Positions 1 through 7,891 of a stretch of DNA of 41,383 nt are shown piece after piece; the first letter of the stretch is position 1, and each line of letters begins with the position of its first letter. The notes under the pieces were generated by a model, which saw only the letters and a program-made list of their open reading frames with translations, searched no databases and was not told the DNA's origin. Made by a program: the position numbers and the translations under genes. This DNA comes from a virus (Duplodnaviria; Caudoviricetes), in the IMG/VR virus record IMGVR_UViG_3300021560_000858, positions 1-41,383 of that record. One strand, 5' to 3'.

Positions 1-63
1 ACGGCTACGGCTACGACGACGGCGGCTACCGCTACGGCGACGGCTACGGCTACGGCTACGGCT
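1..63. repeat. Terminal direct repeat identical to 41321-41383 (circular assembly overlap)
   Basis: The first 63 nt match the last 63 nt exactly, and a GYG-repeat ORF reads in frame across the junction. Confidence 0.9.
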
Positions 64-158
64 ACGGCGACTACGGCTACGGCCACGGCCACGGCTACGG
101 CTACGGCGGCTACGGCGATGGCTACGGAGGTCTCGGCGACGGCTACGGAGGCTACTGA
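1..158 (+). CDS. 3' part of Gly-Tyr-Gly/Asp repeat protein that starts at 41257/41260 and wraps the junction
   Basis: Open frame GYGYDDGGYRYGDG...GYGGY ending in TGA at 156-158. Confidence 0.6.
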   Translation, partial: GYGYDDGGYRYGDGYGYGYGYGDYGYGHGHGYGYGGYGDGYGGLGDGYGGY

Positions 159-173
159 CCCAGGGAGGCAAAG

Positions 174-392
174 ATGCGTAGGGCTAGAATCTCGTACACG
201 CAGATCAGGTATCTCGATCTGGACCCTGATAACTACGAGTGGCCTGACGGCGAGGACCCCTCGCCGGAGAAGATGATCGAGAGCGAGCGCGTGAGCTTCA
301 ACGAGAACGGACCGGAGGAGTACTTCGGCATCTTCGAGGACAAGCCGGACAAAGAGGAGTTCTCGATCGAGCTGGTGGTGGAGGAGGAGTAG
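174..392 (+). CDS. Small acidic hypothetical protein (72 aa)
   Basis: RBS CCCAGGGAGG just upstream of the ATG; D/E-rich sequence. Confidence 0.75.
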   Translation: MRRARISYTQIRYLDLDPDNYEWPDGEDPSPEKMIESERVSFNENGPEEYFGIFEDKPDKEEFSIELVVEEE

Positions 393-396
393 ACGG

Positions 397-948
397 CTGA
401 TCTACATCATCCATCTGGACGGAGCGCTCATGCAACCGAAGCATGGGCGCTTCGCCCGTCATTACATCGGATGGACGAACGACGAGAGCCAGGCCGCCCT
501 GGCCGACAGGATGAAGTTGCATTGGGCTGGGCGGGGCAGCAAGTTCCTGGCCGCCGCTCGTCGGGCGGGCGTACCCTTTCGCCTGGTGGCGGTCTATCGA
601 GGTACGCGCGCGGACGAGCGGCGACTCAAGAACACGGCGCACAGCGAGCGTTATTGTCCTGAGTGCGCCATCGACCCGGAGATCAATCCTCGCTGGCAAG
701 CCGAGCTCCGGCGGCGCGGCCTGTTCGGGGCTCCCGGGGTAAACGGGGCTCCCGGGGTAAACGCCGCCAATAAATCCGCCAGACGTACTCTGCTAGACTC
801 ATTGGAGTCGGTCAGCCTGAGTCAGCTCTATGGGGAGCTAAGGAGGTACGCAGACGTGTTCGCGGACAAAGAGGAGAAGGAGAAGCCGAAAGAGGAGAAG
901 CCGCCGGTGAAGGAGCACCCGCTCAGGCCGCCGGCCGGGAGCGGGTGA
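397..948 (+). CDS. GIY-YIG family endonuclease, probably starting at CTG 397
   Basis: (L)IYIIHL...ARHYIGWT...RMKLHWAGRGSKFL...ERRLK...CPEC. The first motif lies upstream of the ATG at 430. GGAGGAG sits 7 nt before CTG 397. Confidence 0.8.
   Translation: MIYIIHLDGALMQPKHGRFARHYIGWTNDESQAALADRMKLHWAGRGSKFLAAARRAGVPFRLVAVYRGTRADERRLKNTAHSERYCPECAIDPEINPRWQAELRRRGLFGAPGVNGAPGVNAANKSARRTLLDSLESVSLSQLYGELRRYADVFADKEEKEKPKEEKPPVKEHPLRPPAGSG
726..761 (+). repeat. 18-bp tandem duplication CGGGGCTCCCGGGGTAAA x2 (encodes GAPGVN x2)
   Basis: Read directly from the sequence. Confidence 0.9.
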
Positions 949-1035
949 GTGGCTGACGGGCCGAAGTGCTCCGCCTGCGGCGCCTATCCGTGCGTGTGCG
1001 CTGTGGACCTGGACGGGGACGACCCCGATGAGTGA
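949..1035 (+). CDS. 28-aa Cys microprotein MADGPKCSACGAYPCVCAVDLDGDDPDE
   Basis: GTG immediately follows the upstream stop; CxxC...CxC pattern. Confidence 0.5.
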   Translation: MADGPKCSACGAYPCVCAVDLDGDDPDE

Positions 1036-1066
1036 GCAGATCCCGCTGAGCTGCTAGACTGGTCTT

Positions 1067-1123
1067 GGCCACGTTGGCCCTCCTTGGGTGGAAGTCGTCG
1101 GCTAGCGCCGGCGACTTCTTTTT
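1067..1123 (+). ncRNA. Candidate small RNA with an exposed anti-Shine-Dalgarno seed
   Basis: Extended -10 TGCTAGACT (1052-1060), 5' hairpin GGCCA-CGT-TGGCC, unpaired CTCCTTGGGTG, then a terminator. Confidence 0.45.
1091..1123 (+). terminator. Intrinsic terminator
   Basis: Stem GAAGTCGTCGGC-TAGC-GCCGGCGACTTC followed by a T-run. Confidence 0.8.
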
Positions 1124-1131
1124 GTTAGACT
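1123..1131 (+). promoter_or_regulatory. Extended -10 promoter (TGTTAGACT) for a leaderless ParB-like mRNA
   Basis: TGn-TAGACT lies 6 nt before ATG 1138, with no SD. Confidence 0.6.
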
Positions 1132-1137
1132 GCCGGC

Positions 1138-2553
1138 ATGGCAGTTGACACGCAGGCGGCGTTCGGCCGCATCCCTCTCGACCAGATCGACGCGGCTGAT
1201 GTGACCGCCGACGTCAGCGAGCTCCGGCAGTCTATCGAGCAGAACGGGCTGATCAACCCTATCGTGGTCAGGTCCAAGACGGACGGCCGCTTCGAGGTGG
1301 TGGCTGGCCATCATCGGCTGGCGGCGGTGAAGGGCATCGAGGGCGCGACCACGATCGAGGCGCAGGTACGCGACGCCGACCCGGCCACCCACGTGGTTCT
1401 GGCCACCGTCGAGAACATGCACCGTCGCACTCTGGGGCCGATCGAGGAGGCCCGGCAGTACGACGTGCTCCGGAGGGAGCACGGGCTCAGTCAGGAGGAC
1501 ATCGCGCGCCGGGTGGGGCGGAGCCACCCTCACGTGAGCAAGCGTCTGAGCCTGCTCCGTCTGCCCGACCACGTGCAAGGTCAGGTCGGTGACGAGCTGA
1601 GCATCGGCGCCGCTGAGGAGCTGGTGAAGCTGCACACGGCTCCGGAGGTCCTGGCCGTGGCGCACACGGCGATCCTGAGGGGGACGCCGGTCGACGCGGC
1701 GGTCAACGGCGGCCTGGCGCGTATCGATCGGGAGAATCGGATCGCGAGCGCGGTCGACCGGCTACGCACGGAGCACGGCCGTGAGCCGTGGGAAGGCGTG
1801 CTGGGCAAGAACGGTTGGCGGGTGGTGAGCGAGGACCCTCAGCCGGACGAGCTCTACTGGCCGTCGACCAGGCCGGATGCGGAGGACTTCCGGTGGGGCA
1901 TCGCTGACGACGCCACGTTCTTCCAGGTGACCACTGAGCCGCTGGCCCACATGAACGACTCTGATCCACAGGTCGCGGAGTCGGCGGCCAAGCTGGTCAG
2001 CCTGTTCAGTCAGGGCACGGTCGATCAGCCGGCCAAGGCGGTCAGCTCCACCGAGGCGGCGGAGATCCGGCAGAAGGCGGAGCGCGCCCACTGGAAGCAG
2101 ATGAAGCGCGTCGACGAGGGCAGGGAGGCGCACCTGACCAAGCGAGTGCGAGGCGCGGCGGCCAAGCCCGCTGACGTGCTGGACTTCGTCAGTCAGGCGT
2201 TTCTAGACGTTCTCCCCAAGAGCGTCTACGACACGGTCATGGCCAGGGCCAACGTGGCCCGGGTGGAGCGCACGAACGGGTTCGGCGAGATGTGGGATCT
2301 GCCCTCGTACCTGGCCGGTCGAGGCACCTGGGTCAAGCTGGCCTATGGCGCCGCGTTGCAGGTGCGTGAGAACGAGGTCGACGAAGCGATCAGGCAGAAG
2401 ATCCGTCTGGCCCACGGCGATCAGGCCGATCGGTTCCTGCGTTACTTTCAGGAGCTGGAGCGGACGGGCTACTCGTTGAGCCAGGAAGAGGCGGAGCTGG
2501 CCAACATGGAGGCAGACGCGTCTCCGCCTGACGACGATCCGGTCGATCAGTAG
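1138..2553 (+). CDS. ParB/Spo0J-like protein (ParB N-terminal domain, HTH, long C-terminal region)
   Basis: ELRQSIEQNGLINPIVV, VVAGHHRLAA, VENMHR, IEEA, and HTH SQEDIARRVGRSHPHVSKRLSLLRLP. Confidence 0.9.
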   Translation: MAVDTQAAFGRIPLDQIDAADVTADVSELRQSIEQNGLINPIVVRSKTDGRFEVVAGHHRLAAVKGIEGATTIEAQVRDADPATHVVLATVENMHRRTLGPIEEARQYDVLRREHGLSQEDIARRVGRSHPHVSKRLSLLRLPDHVQGQVGDELSIGAAEELVKLHTAPEVLAVAHTAILRGTPVDAAVNGGLARIDRENRIASAVDRLRTEHGREPWEGVLGKNGWRVVSEDPQPDELYWPSTRPDAEDFRWGIADDATFFQVTTEPLAHMNDSDPQVAESAAKLVSLFSQGTVDQPAKAVSSTEAAEIRQKAERAHWKQMKRVDEGREAHLTKRVRGAAAKPADVLDFVSQAFLDVLPKSVYDTVMARANVARVERTNGFGEMWDLPSYLAGRGTWVKLAYGAALQVRENEVDEAIRQKIRLAHGDQADRFLRYFQELERTGYSLSQEEAELANMEADASPPDDDPVDQ

Positions 2554-2573
2554 GCATCCCTTTCTTTCACATG

Positions 2574-2608
2574 AGGGGCCATCAGGCTTGTCCTGGTGGC
2601 CCCTTTCT
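2574..2608 (+). terminator. Probable intrinsic terminator after the ParB-like gene
   Basis: Stem AGGGGCCATCAGG-CTTGT-CCTGGTGGCCCCT followed by TTCT; an extended -10-like TGTTATGTT follows at 2608-2616. Confidence 0.6.
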
Positions 2609-2637
2609 GTTATGTTCGAAGCCCCAAAGGAGGTGAC

Positions 2638-3018
2638 ATGGTCGAAGGAGACGGACTTGTTCAGGTGCGCGAGATCGCGGAGATGATCGGGCTCAAGCCC
2701 GATCGTCTGAACGTGATGCGTCGCAAGGGCGTGTTCTACGCGGTAAAGCTGCCGACCAGGGTCTACGCGGTCCGACAGGAGGACCTGGCGGAGGTGATGG
2801 ACCGTATCAGTCGATATCAGGCCAAGGTGCCGTTCTGGCCGGACAGGAACATGACGATCGCGGAGGCGTGCGCGGCCTTGCGTGTGAAGCCGGTGAGCGT
2901 CTACTCGATGATGACGACCGGGACGTTGACCCGTGCGCGAGACGAGCTCTGGCACTTCCCGACTCGCGAGAGCGTGCGACGTCTCCAGACGCGGCGTGGA
3001 CTGCGAGTGTCGGCGTGA
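2638..3018 (+). CDS. Tandem excisionase/MerR-like HTH DNA-binding protein
   Basis: SD AAAGGAGG before ATG 2638. Two HTH units: VREIAEMIGLKPDRLNVMRRKG and TIAEACAALRVKPVSVYSMMTTG. Confidence 0.75.
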   Translation: MVEGDGLVQVREIAEMIGLKPDRLNVMRRKGVFYAVKLPTRVYAVRQEDLAEVMDRISRYQAKVPFWPDRNMTIAEACAALRVKPVSVYSMMTTGTLTRARDELWHFPTRESVRRLQTRRGLRVSA

Positions 3019-3095
3019 GCGAGTTCATGGACGACTGCACGCACGCGGGAGTGGCGCAAGGCACGACATGTCTGTTGTGCGGGAGGACGGCGTGA
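3015..3095 (+). CDS. 26-aa Cys/His microprotein
   Basis: GTGA overlaps at both ends; CTH...CLLC. Confidence 0.45.
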   Translation: MSEFMDDCTHAGVAQGTTCLLCGRTA

Positions 3096-4438
3096 GCGAC
3101 GAGCCGACGCCATGGCGTCACCAGGCGGAGGGCGTGAGCATGTTCCTGGCGGGTTCAGGAGCGGCCTGGTTCGACCCTCGCCTGGGTAAGACGCGTACGG
3201 CCCTGGAAGCGCTCAGGCTCTGGGACGGCATGGATCGCGTCGACCGGGCGGTGATCGTGGGGACGGTCAACGCGCTGGAGGTGTGGCGTCGGGATCTGGC
3301 CACGTACATGCCCTACTGGGGAGTGGAGGTGGCCAGGTCCTTGACGCCTACTCCGCCAGCCTTGACGACGCGGGCCATCATCGTCAACCCGGACATTTTG
3401 CGCGAGCAGCGTGGGCGGCCAGGCTGGCTGCTGGCGCTGCTCAGGTGGGCAGGATCGAAGAGCGCGCTGATCCTGGACGAGTGCCACAAGTACGCCAGCA
3501 ACCCCCGGTCCAAGGAGTACGGTGCGGTGCTCAAGTTGGCGTTGGCGGCCAGGGTGGTCTGGGAGCTGACCGGGACCTATTACGAGCAGAGCGCGCTGGA
3601 CGCGCATCATCAGCTCAAGATGTTGGGTGATCGGTATCCGTTGCGCTGGTGGGACGACCGCAAGTTCGGCGACCAGTACTGCAACAAGAAGTTCAATCAG
3701 TATCGGGGCCCGCTCCGGACCGGGCATCGGAAAGACGGCAGTGAGTACCAGTACCGTGGTGGTGGATACGACTACAGCGGGATCAAGGATGGGGCTGAGC
3801 TCGACTTGATGCGGGCATTGGACGGCGTGGTCTTGCGTCGGCGTCGGGACGAGTGCCTGGATGTTCCGGCGACGCGGATCATGTCTTACTGGGTGGACCA
3901 CTGCGACCAGGCCGTGACGCTGAGGCGGGACGAGATGGAGTCACTACGGAGTGAGCTGGTGCTGCTCAAGACGCAGCGGACGGTCGAGTACGTCACAGAG
4001 TTGACCGAGAGGCCGGTGGTGGTGTTCGGCCATCATCGAGCCTTCATCAGGCATATCGCCAACCACTTTCAGGCCCCGGTGATCGCGGGCGAGACGACTC
4101 AAGCCCAACGCGTAAAGATCGCCAATGAGTTCCAGGCCGGCAAGCATCCGGTGTTGGTGGCGATGCTGGCGATGGACGCGGTGGATCTGTCGAGGGCCGA
4201 CCACTGCGTCTACGGCGAGATCGACTGGAGCGCGACGAAGATGCGGCAGTCGATGGACCGGATCGTGAACGGCAATAAGGACCGGGAGACGGTAGCTCAC
4301 GTGCTTCTGGTGTCGGGATCGGTAGAGGAGGAGATATGGAATCGTATCTTGATGAAGGGTCAGGCGATCGAGCGCCTGGACCAGGCGGCGAGGCGACTTC
4401 GAGAACTGGGTCTGGACATGGCCGAGCTGAGCTCATGA
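3092..4438 (+). CDS. SF2 (SNF2-like) helicase
   Basis: Q motif WRHQ, Walker A DPRLGKT, LILDECH, ELTGT, helicase C-terminal region (VVVFGHH, AVDLSRA, QSMDRI). Start GTG 3092 inferred from the GTGA overlap. Confidence 0.85.
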   Translation: MSDEPTPWRHQAEGVSMFLAGSGAAWFDPRLGKTRTALEALRLWDGMDRVDRAVIVGTVNALEVWRRDLATYMPYWGVEVARSLTPTPPALTTRAIIVNPDILREQRGRPGWLLALLRWAGSKSALILDECHKYASNPRSKEYGAVLKLALAARVVWELTGTYYEQSALDAHHQLKMLGDRYPLRWWDDRKFGDQYCNKKFNQYRGPLRTGHRKDGSEYQYRGGGYDYSGIKDGAELDLMRALDGVVLRRRRDECLDVPATRIMSYWVDHCDQAVTLRRDEMESLRSELVLLKTQRTVEYVTELTERPVVVFGHHRAFIRHIANHFQAPVIAGETTQAQRVKIANEFQAGKHPVLVAMLAMDAVDLSRADHCVYGEIDWSATKMRQSMDRIVNGNKDRETVAHVLLVSGSVEEEIWNRILMKGQAIERLDQAARRLRELGLDMAELSS

Positions 4439-4536
4439 GACTGCTCCTGGAGAGCTACGATGACCTCGTCGATGATCTCGTCGACATGGTCATCATCGTC
4501 ACCTGGGGGCAAGCAATCAAGGGGGACTCTCTCTGA
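4435..4536 (+). CDS. 33-aa hypothetical protein
   Basis: ATGA overlap upstream and TGATG overlap downstream. Confidence 0.45.
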   Translation: MRLLLESYDDLVDDLVDMVIIVTWGQAIKGDSL

Positions 4537-4778
4537 TGCTCTTCGACACTCCATCTGGCGACAGCGGCGGGGGAAGTGGAGGCAACTGCGGTAAGTGCAA
4601 CGGGTCGGGAATCGTCACCTGTCCGGATTGCAAGGGCACCGGGACGGCTCAGTGTCCCACGTGCAAGGGCAGTGGTGTCGAGGGTGGCATGTCTTGTAGC
4701 GGATGCAACGGGACGAAGACCAGTCCTTGCATAAAGAACATCTTCTGTGTGGACTGCGGAGGCACGGGTAGTGCGTGA
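4536..4778 (+). CDS. DnaJ-type CxxCxGxG zinc-finger protein
   Basis: Five CxxCxGx(G/K) repeats in 80 aa. Confidence 0.75.
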   Translation: MLFDTPSGDSGGGSGGNCGKCNGSGIVTCPDCKGTGTAQCPTCKGSGVEGGMSCSGCNGTKTSPCIKNIFCVDCGGTGSA

Positions 4779-4969
4779 GTGAGGTGCGCATGACGATCGA
4801 TCTGTACTGGCGGAGCTACCTGGAAGCTCACCCCGAGTGCGCCGAGCACAAGCCTTACGAGCACGACTCACTTCTCGACCCCCACGGCTGCGGGCATTGC
4901 CGCGATTGCCATGACCCGCGCCCGTACGGGCCGTCCTGTGGCCACTCGGCGGGCTGTCCCGGCTGCTGA
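4775..4969 (+). CDS. Cys/His-rich small protein
   Basis: Coupled by overlaps at both ends; CGHCRDCH...CGH...CPGC. Confidence 0.6.
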   Translation: MSEVRMTIDLYWRSYLEAHPECAEHKPYEHDSLLDPHGCGHCRDCHDPRPYGPSCGHSAGCPGC

Positions 4970-6339
4970 TGCGTCTCTACGCCTGCCCGGTCTGCGCCCA
5001 TATGCCGGTGGAGCACGGGCCGGATGGGTGCTCGGGCACGGCGGCCTACGCGGGAGACGCTCATCCCCGTAGACAACCCTGCGGCTGCCGTGCTATGGTC
5101 AACGGAGAGCTGGTGCGAGACCCGCTAATCAGCTCACCTCAATTCCCCAAGGAGGTAGTATCACAGCCCATGGGTATCATGGACCAGATCAACGCGGAGG
5201 TCGGACCCCCGCCCACGCAGATGGACGGCAAGATCGCCGGCTCGGAGGTGAAGAATCTCCTCTGGGTCAACAAGGTGCCGTTCGAGATCACGTCGCCGCC
5301 GCAGCAGAGACAGAAGCCGCCGCAGTTCATGGTGGCCCGGCCGGACGGCTCCATGCCGTCCACGCATCAGTGGTGGGTGCCGGTGCGACTGCTCCAGCCT
5401 CGTGGGGACGGGACCTTCGGGTACGTCCTCCAGGACGATGGCGAAGGCGGTCAGGGCACGGTCGACCACATCCTCACGTTCGACGCCGGGTCGGACTATC
5501 GGAACGGGCAGATGCAGGCGCTGGGACGTTACGTGCAGGCGCACGGCGCGGCCGGCCCTCTCATGCTGACCAAGGGGGACGTCAAGGGTCGGGGGGTGGC
5601 CCCCTGGGTCATGGACGACTGGAAGGGCACGTCTCTCCCTCAGGCATCCTCGGCCCCCGCTCCCGTCATCGCCGACGACTACCAGTACCAGACGCGCGAG
5701 AGCGACGGCAAGCGCTTCCGCTGGAAGCAGGGTATGGCGAGCTGGGAAGAGGTGCCGGAGGCACCGCTCCCCCCTCCGTTGCCGGCCGGGCCTCCGCCCC
5801 TCCCGACGCCACCGGCCGGTAGCGTCGTCACGCACGCTCAGCCTATTCCGGCCACGCGGATCATCCAGGGCCTGGCCACCTCCGAGGGCATGTCGTCGGA
5901 GCCCGTAAGGGTCGAGCAGGTGATCGAGCCCGTCAGGCAGGCCGTCTACGCGGGTGACGGCGTGGTCCGCCAACCGTCTGGGGTCTCCACTGCGAATGCC
6001 ATCGGCACGGATGCCGAGGAGGCGGCGAAGAGGGGCTCTCAGACGGCCGTGTCGCCCCCGCCCGCCGTGGGAGTCGAGTCGTCCGTTCCCGCCCCTCTCG
6101 GGGCACCTCAGCCCCTCCAGGGGGGTGGCATGCAGACCGCGATGCGTCAGGCGTACGACAACAAGACCACGATCCTGGTGCGGGCGCACTGCGACGCCTG
6201 CGGAGTCGAAGTGAACAGTCCGGCCTGGTACAACCGAACGAACGACACGTGGATGCAGTCGCACCCCTGCAGCAAGACGCAAAAGCAGCGGGCGCTCAAC
6301 GTGACGAAGGAAGTCCGAATCGTGGCGGGAGTGTCGTGA
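4969..6339 (+). CDS. Multidomain hypothetical protein (N-terminal Cys/His cluster, WW-like segment with polyproline, C-terminal Zn ribbon); possible ssDNA-binding or recombination partner
   Basis: 456-aa ORF next to the Cas4-like nuclease. A possible internal start at ATG 5170 follows CCCAAGGAGG. Function is inferred from context only. Confidence 0.6.
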   Translation: MRLYACPVCAHMPVEHGPDGCSGTAAYAGDAHPRRQPCGCRAMVNGELVRDPLISSPQFPKEVVSQPMGIMDQINAEVGPPPTQMDGKIAGSEVKNLLWVNKVPFEITSPPQQRQKPPQFMVARPDGSMPSTHQWWVPVRLLQPRGDGTFGYVLQDDGEGGQGTVDHILTFDAGSDYRNGQMQALGRYVQAHGAAGPLMLTKGDVKGRGVAPWVMDDWKGTSLPQASSAPAPVIADDYQYQTRESDGKRFRWKQGMASWEEVPEAPLPPPLPAGPPPLPTPPAGSVVTHAQPIPATRIIQGLATSEGMSSEPVRVEQVIEPVRQAVYAGDGVVRQPSGVSTANAIGTDAEEAAKRGSQTAVSPPPAVGVESSVPAPLGAPQPLQGGGMQTAMRQAYDNKTTILVRAHCDACGVEVNSPAWYNRTNDTWMQSHPCSKTQKQRALNVTKEVRIVAGVS

Positions 6340-7403
6340 GTCACTGGCTGGAGGCAGCGCTTCAGGACGGCTTGCGCGCGGTCGACTCCAACGAGCTGAT
6401 CGAGCGGGCGGCCAGGCACCAGTTGTTGGTGGACATCTACCGTGATGAGAGGGCGGCCAGGCGCGTCTCTCCGTCGCTGATCGCCGAGGAGTGTCGGCTC
6501 AAGCGGATCAAGCGCTATCGGCGCCATCAGCCGAGACCTGGCTGGAACTGGGGGGCCGCCAAGGGCGGCCGCCCCTCCGCCGGCTCGGCTCTGCACTTCG
6601 CTCGCGGCTACTTCGGCGAAGGGCTCATCGTGGCGGCCCTGAGCGCCGTCTGTCAGACCTACCAGACTCCTGACGGCCTGCAACAGGGATCGGGGGCTCA
6701 TCAGTTCGATATTCTGGGCGTGTCCCCCTGGGCGGTCTTCGAGTGTGAGGCGGTGGGAGCGAGCTTCCTGGCGTACCCGGACATGATCATCCTCACGCAG
6801 GACGGCGGCCCGGAGCTGATCCAGATCAAGACGCCGAGCGTCTTCGCCTTCGATCGCTATCGACGAGATGGCGGGGCCTCGATTCGCAAGCGCTACGGAC
6901 CGCAGACGGCGGCTGAGATGTACATCGGGCGCCGACTCGGTATGCCCTTCGAGCGCAATCACGTCCTGTGTTTCACGTGGGAGGGGTTCACGCCAGGCTC
7001 GGACGAGGCCAGAGCGGGCAAAGAGATCAGGGCCATCGTGGAGACGGTGGCCTGGGAAGACGGCATGGATCGGTTCGTGGAGTCGATTGCGGAGGAGATC
7101 CTCGAAGACGACGCGGCGGCAGAACGTGGCGCCTGGCCGATCGCGTACCCGCTGGGCACGAGATGGCCATGCGATTACTGCAACTACGCGCGAACATCCG
7201 ACAGCGACAACCCTGGATGCGAGGAGAACGAGAAATGGGAACCACGGCTGCTCAGAAGTATGGCGGCGACACCGGACGGATCTTCAGCTCCACCGAGGCC
7301 GATGACCTCGCCGTCACCGCTACCTCCGTCGGCGAGCCCGGTGAGCCCGGCCCCTACGCCTCCGGCGGGGAGTTCGGCCCTCCCTCCGCCACTGCCGTCG
7401 TGA
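6336..7403 (+). CDS. Cas4/RecB-like PD-(D/E)XK exonuclease
   Basis: SPS...C, PD...QIKT, Q motif PQTAAEM, and C-terminal CDYC...C giving a four-Cys Fe-S pattern. Confidence 0.75.
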   Translation: MSHWLEAALQDGLRAVDSNELIERAARHQLLVDIYRDERAARRVSPSLIAEECRLKRIKRYRRHQPRPGWNWGAAKGGRPSAGSALHFARGYFGEGLIVAALSAVCQTYQTPDGLQQGSGAHQFDILGVSPWAVFECEAVGASFLAYPDMIILTQDGGPELIQIKTPSVFAFDRYRRDGGASIRKRYGPQTAAEMYIGRRLGMPFERNHVLCFTWEGFTPGSDEARAGKEIRAIVETVAWEDGMDRFVESIAEEILEDDAAAERGAWPIAYPLGTRWPCDYCNYARTSDSDNPGCEENEKWEPRLLRSMAATPDGSSAPPRPMTSPSPLPPSASPVSPAPTPPAGSSALPPPLPS

Positions 7404-7540
7404 CGGACGCTCCGCAGGAGCGGCTCATCCATCATCGGGTGGCGGACCTGGAGACGATCAACCACCAACTCTCGCTGCACATCCAGGTCCTGGAGAAGGA
7501 CCTGAAGCGGTGCCTGGCGCATCTGGGGCTGAGCCAGTGA
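7235..7540 (+). CDS. Hypothetical protein with C-terminal coiled coil
   Basis: SD GAGGAG before ATG 7235; heptad-like C-terminus; overlaps the Pro-rich tail of the upstream gene. Confidence 0.6.
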   Translation: MGTTAAQKYGGDTGRIFSSTEADDLAVTATSVGEPGEPGPYASGGEFGPPSATAVVTDAPQERLIHHRVADLETINHQLSLHIQVLEKDLKRCLAHLGLSQ

Positions 7541-7632
7541 CCCCCCTCATCGGCCCCTGCACCTGTGCCTGCGGGTACTGCATGAAAGGCGAGCACAGCT
7601 CCTGCAAGTACAACTGCGGGAGGAAGGAGTGA
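7537..7632 (+). CDS. 31-aa Cys-rich microprotein MTPLIGPCTCACGYCMKGEHSSCKYNCGRKE
   Basis: GTGA overlaps at both ends; six Cys. Confidence 0.55.
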   Translation: MTPLIGPCTCACGYCMKGEHSSCKYNCGRKE

Positions 7633-7760
7633 GGCAGAGTCCGGAGTCTGGAAGTCCTTGGGCGGGCATCGCGCTGGCGCTCGTGTTGATCGCGATCGTG
7701 ATTCTGGTGGCGTTGATCGTGTCGCTGGTGCCGAGATGGGCGAACCTGTTCCAGCCTTGA
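7629..7760 (+). CDS. 43-aa single-pass membrane protein
   Basis: SD AAGGAG region upstream; hydrophobic run WAGIALALVLIAIVILVALIVSLV. Confidence 0.6.
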   Translation: MRQSPESGSPWAGIALALVLIAIVILVALIVSLVPRWANLFQP

Positions 7761-7891
7761 CGTGCGTCTGCGATCACTCCGAGAACGATCACCTGATCGA
7801 TGATGCCAACCCGAGTCATACGCTAACTCGTTGGCCCTGTCTGGTCGACGACTGTGACTGCGAGGACTTCGAGGAGGACGAGACGAAGTGA
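7757..7891 (+). CDS. 44-aa Cys/His microprotein
   Basis: TTGA overlap; CVCDH...H...C...CDC..F pattern. Confidence 0.55.
   Translation: MTCVCDHSENDHLIDDANPSHTLTRWPCLVDDCDCEDFEEDETK

Noticed and set aside
1-63. Biological terminal repeat of the virion DNA
   Set aside because: A 63-nt exact overlap is typical of an assembler k-mer and falls mid-ORF. Because it lies in a repeat, circularity itself needs read confirmation.
4536-4778. DnaJ chaperone
   Set aside because: Only CxxCxGxG repeats are present, with no J-domain or HPD motif.
6336-7403. CRISPR-Cas adaptation module
   Set aside because: It is a solo Cas4-like nuclease with no cas1/cas2 or array; such nucleases are common phage recombination enzymes.
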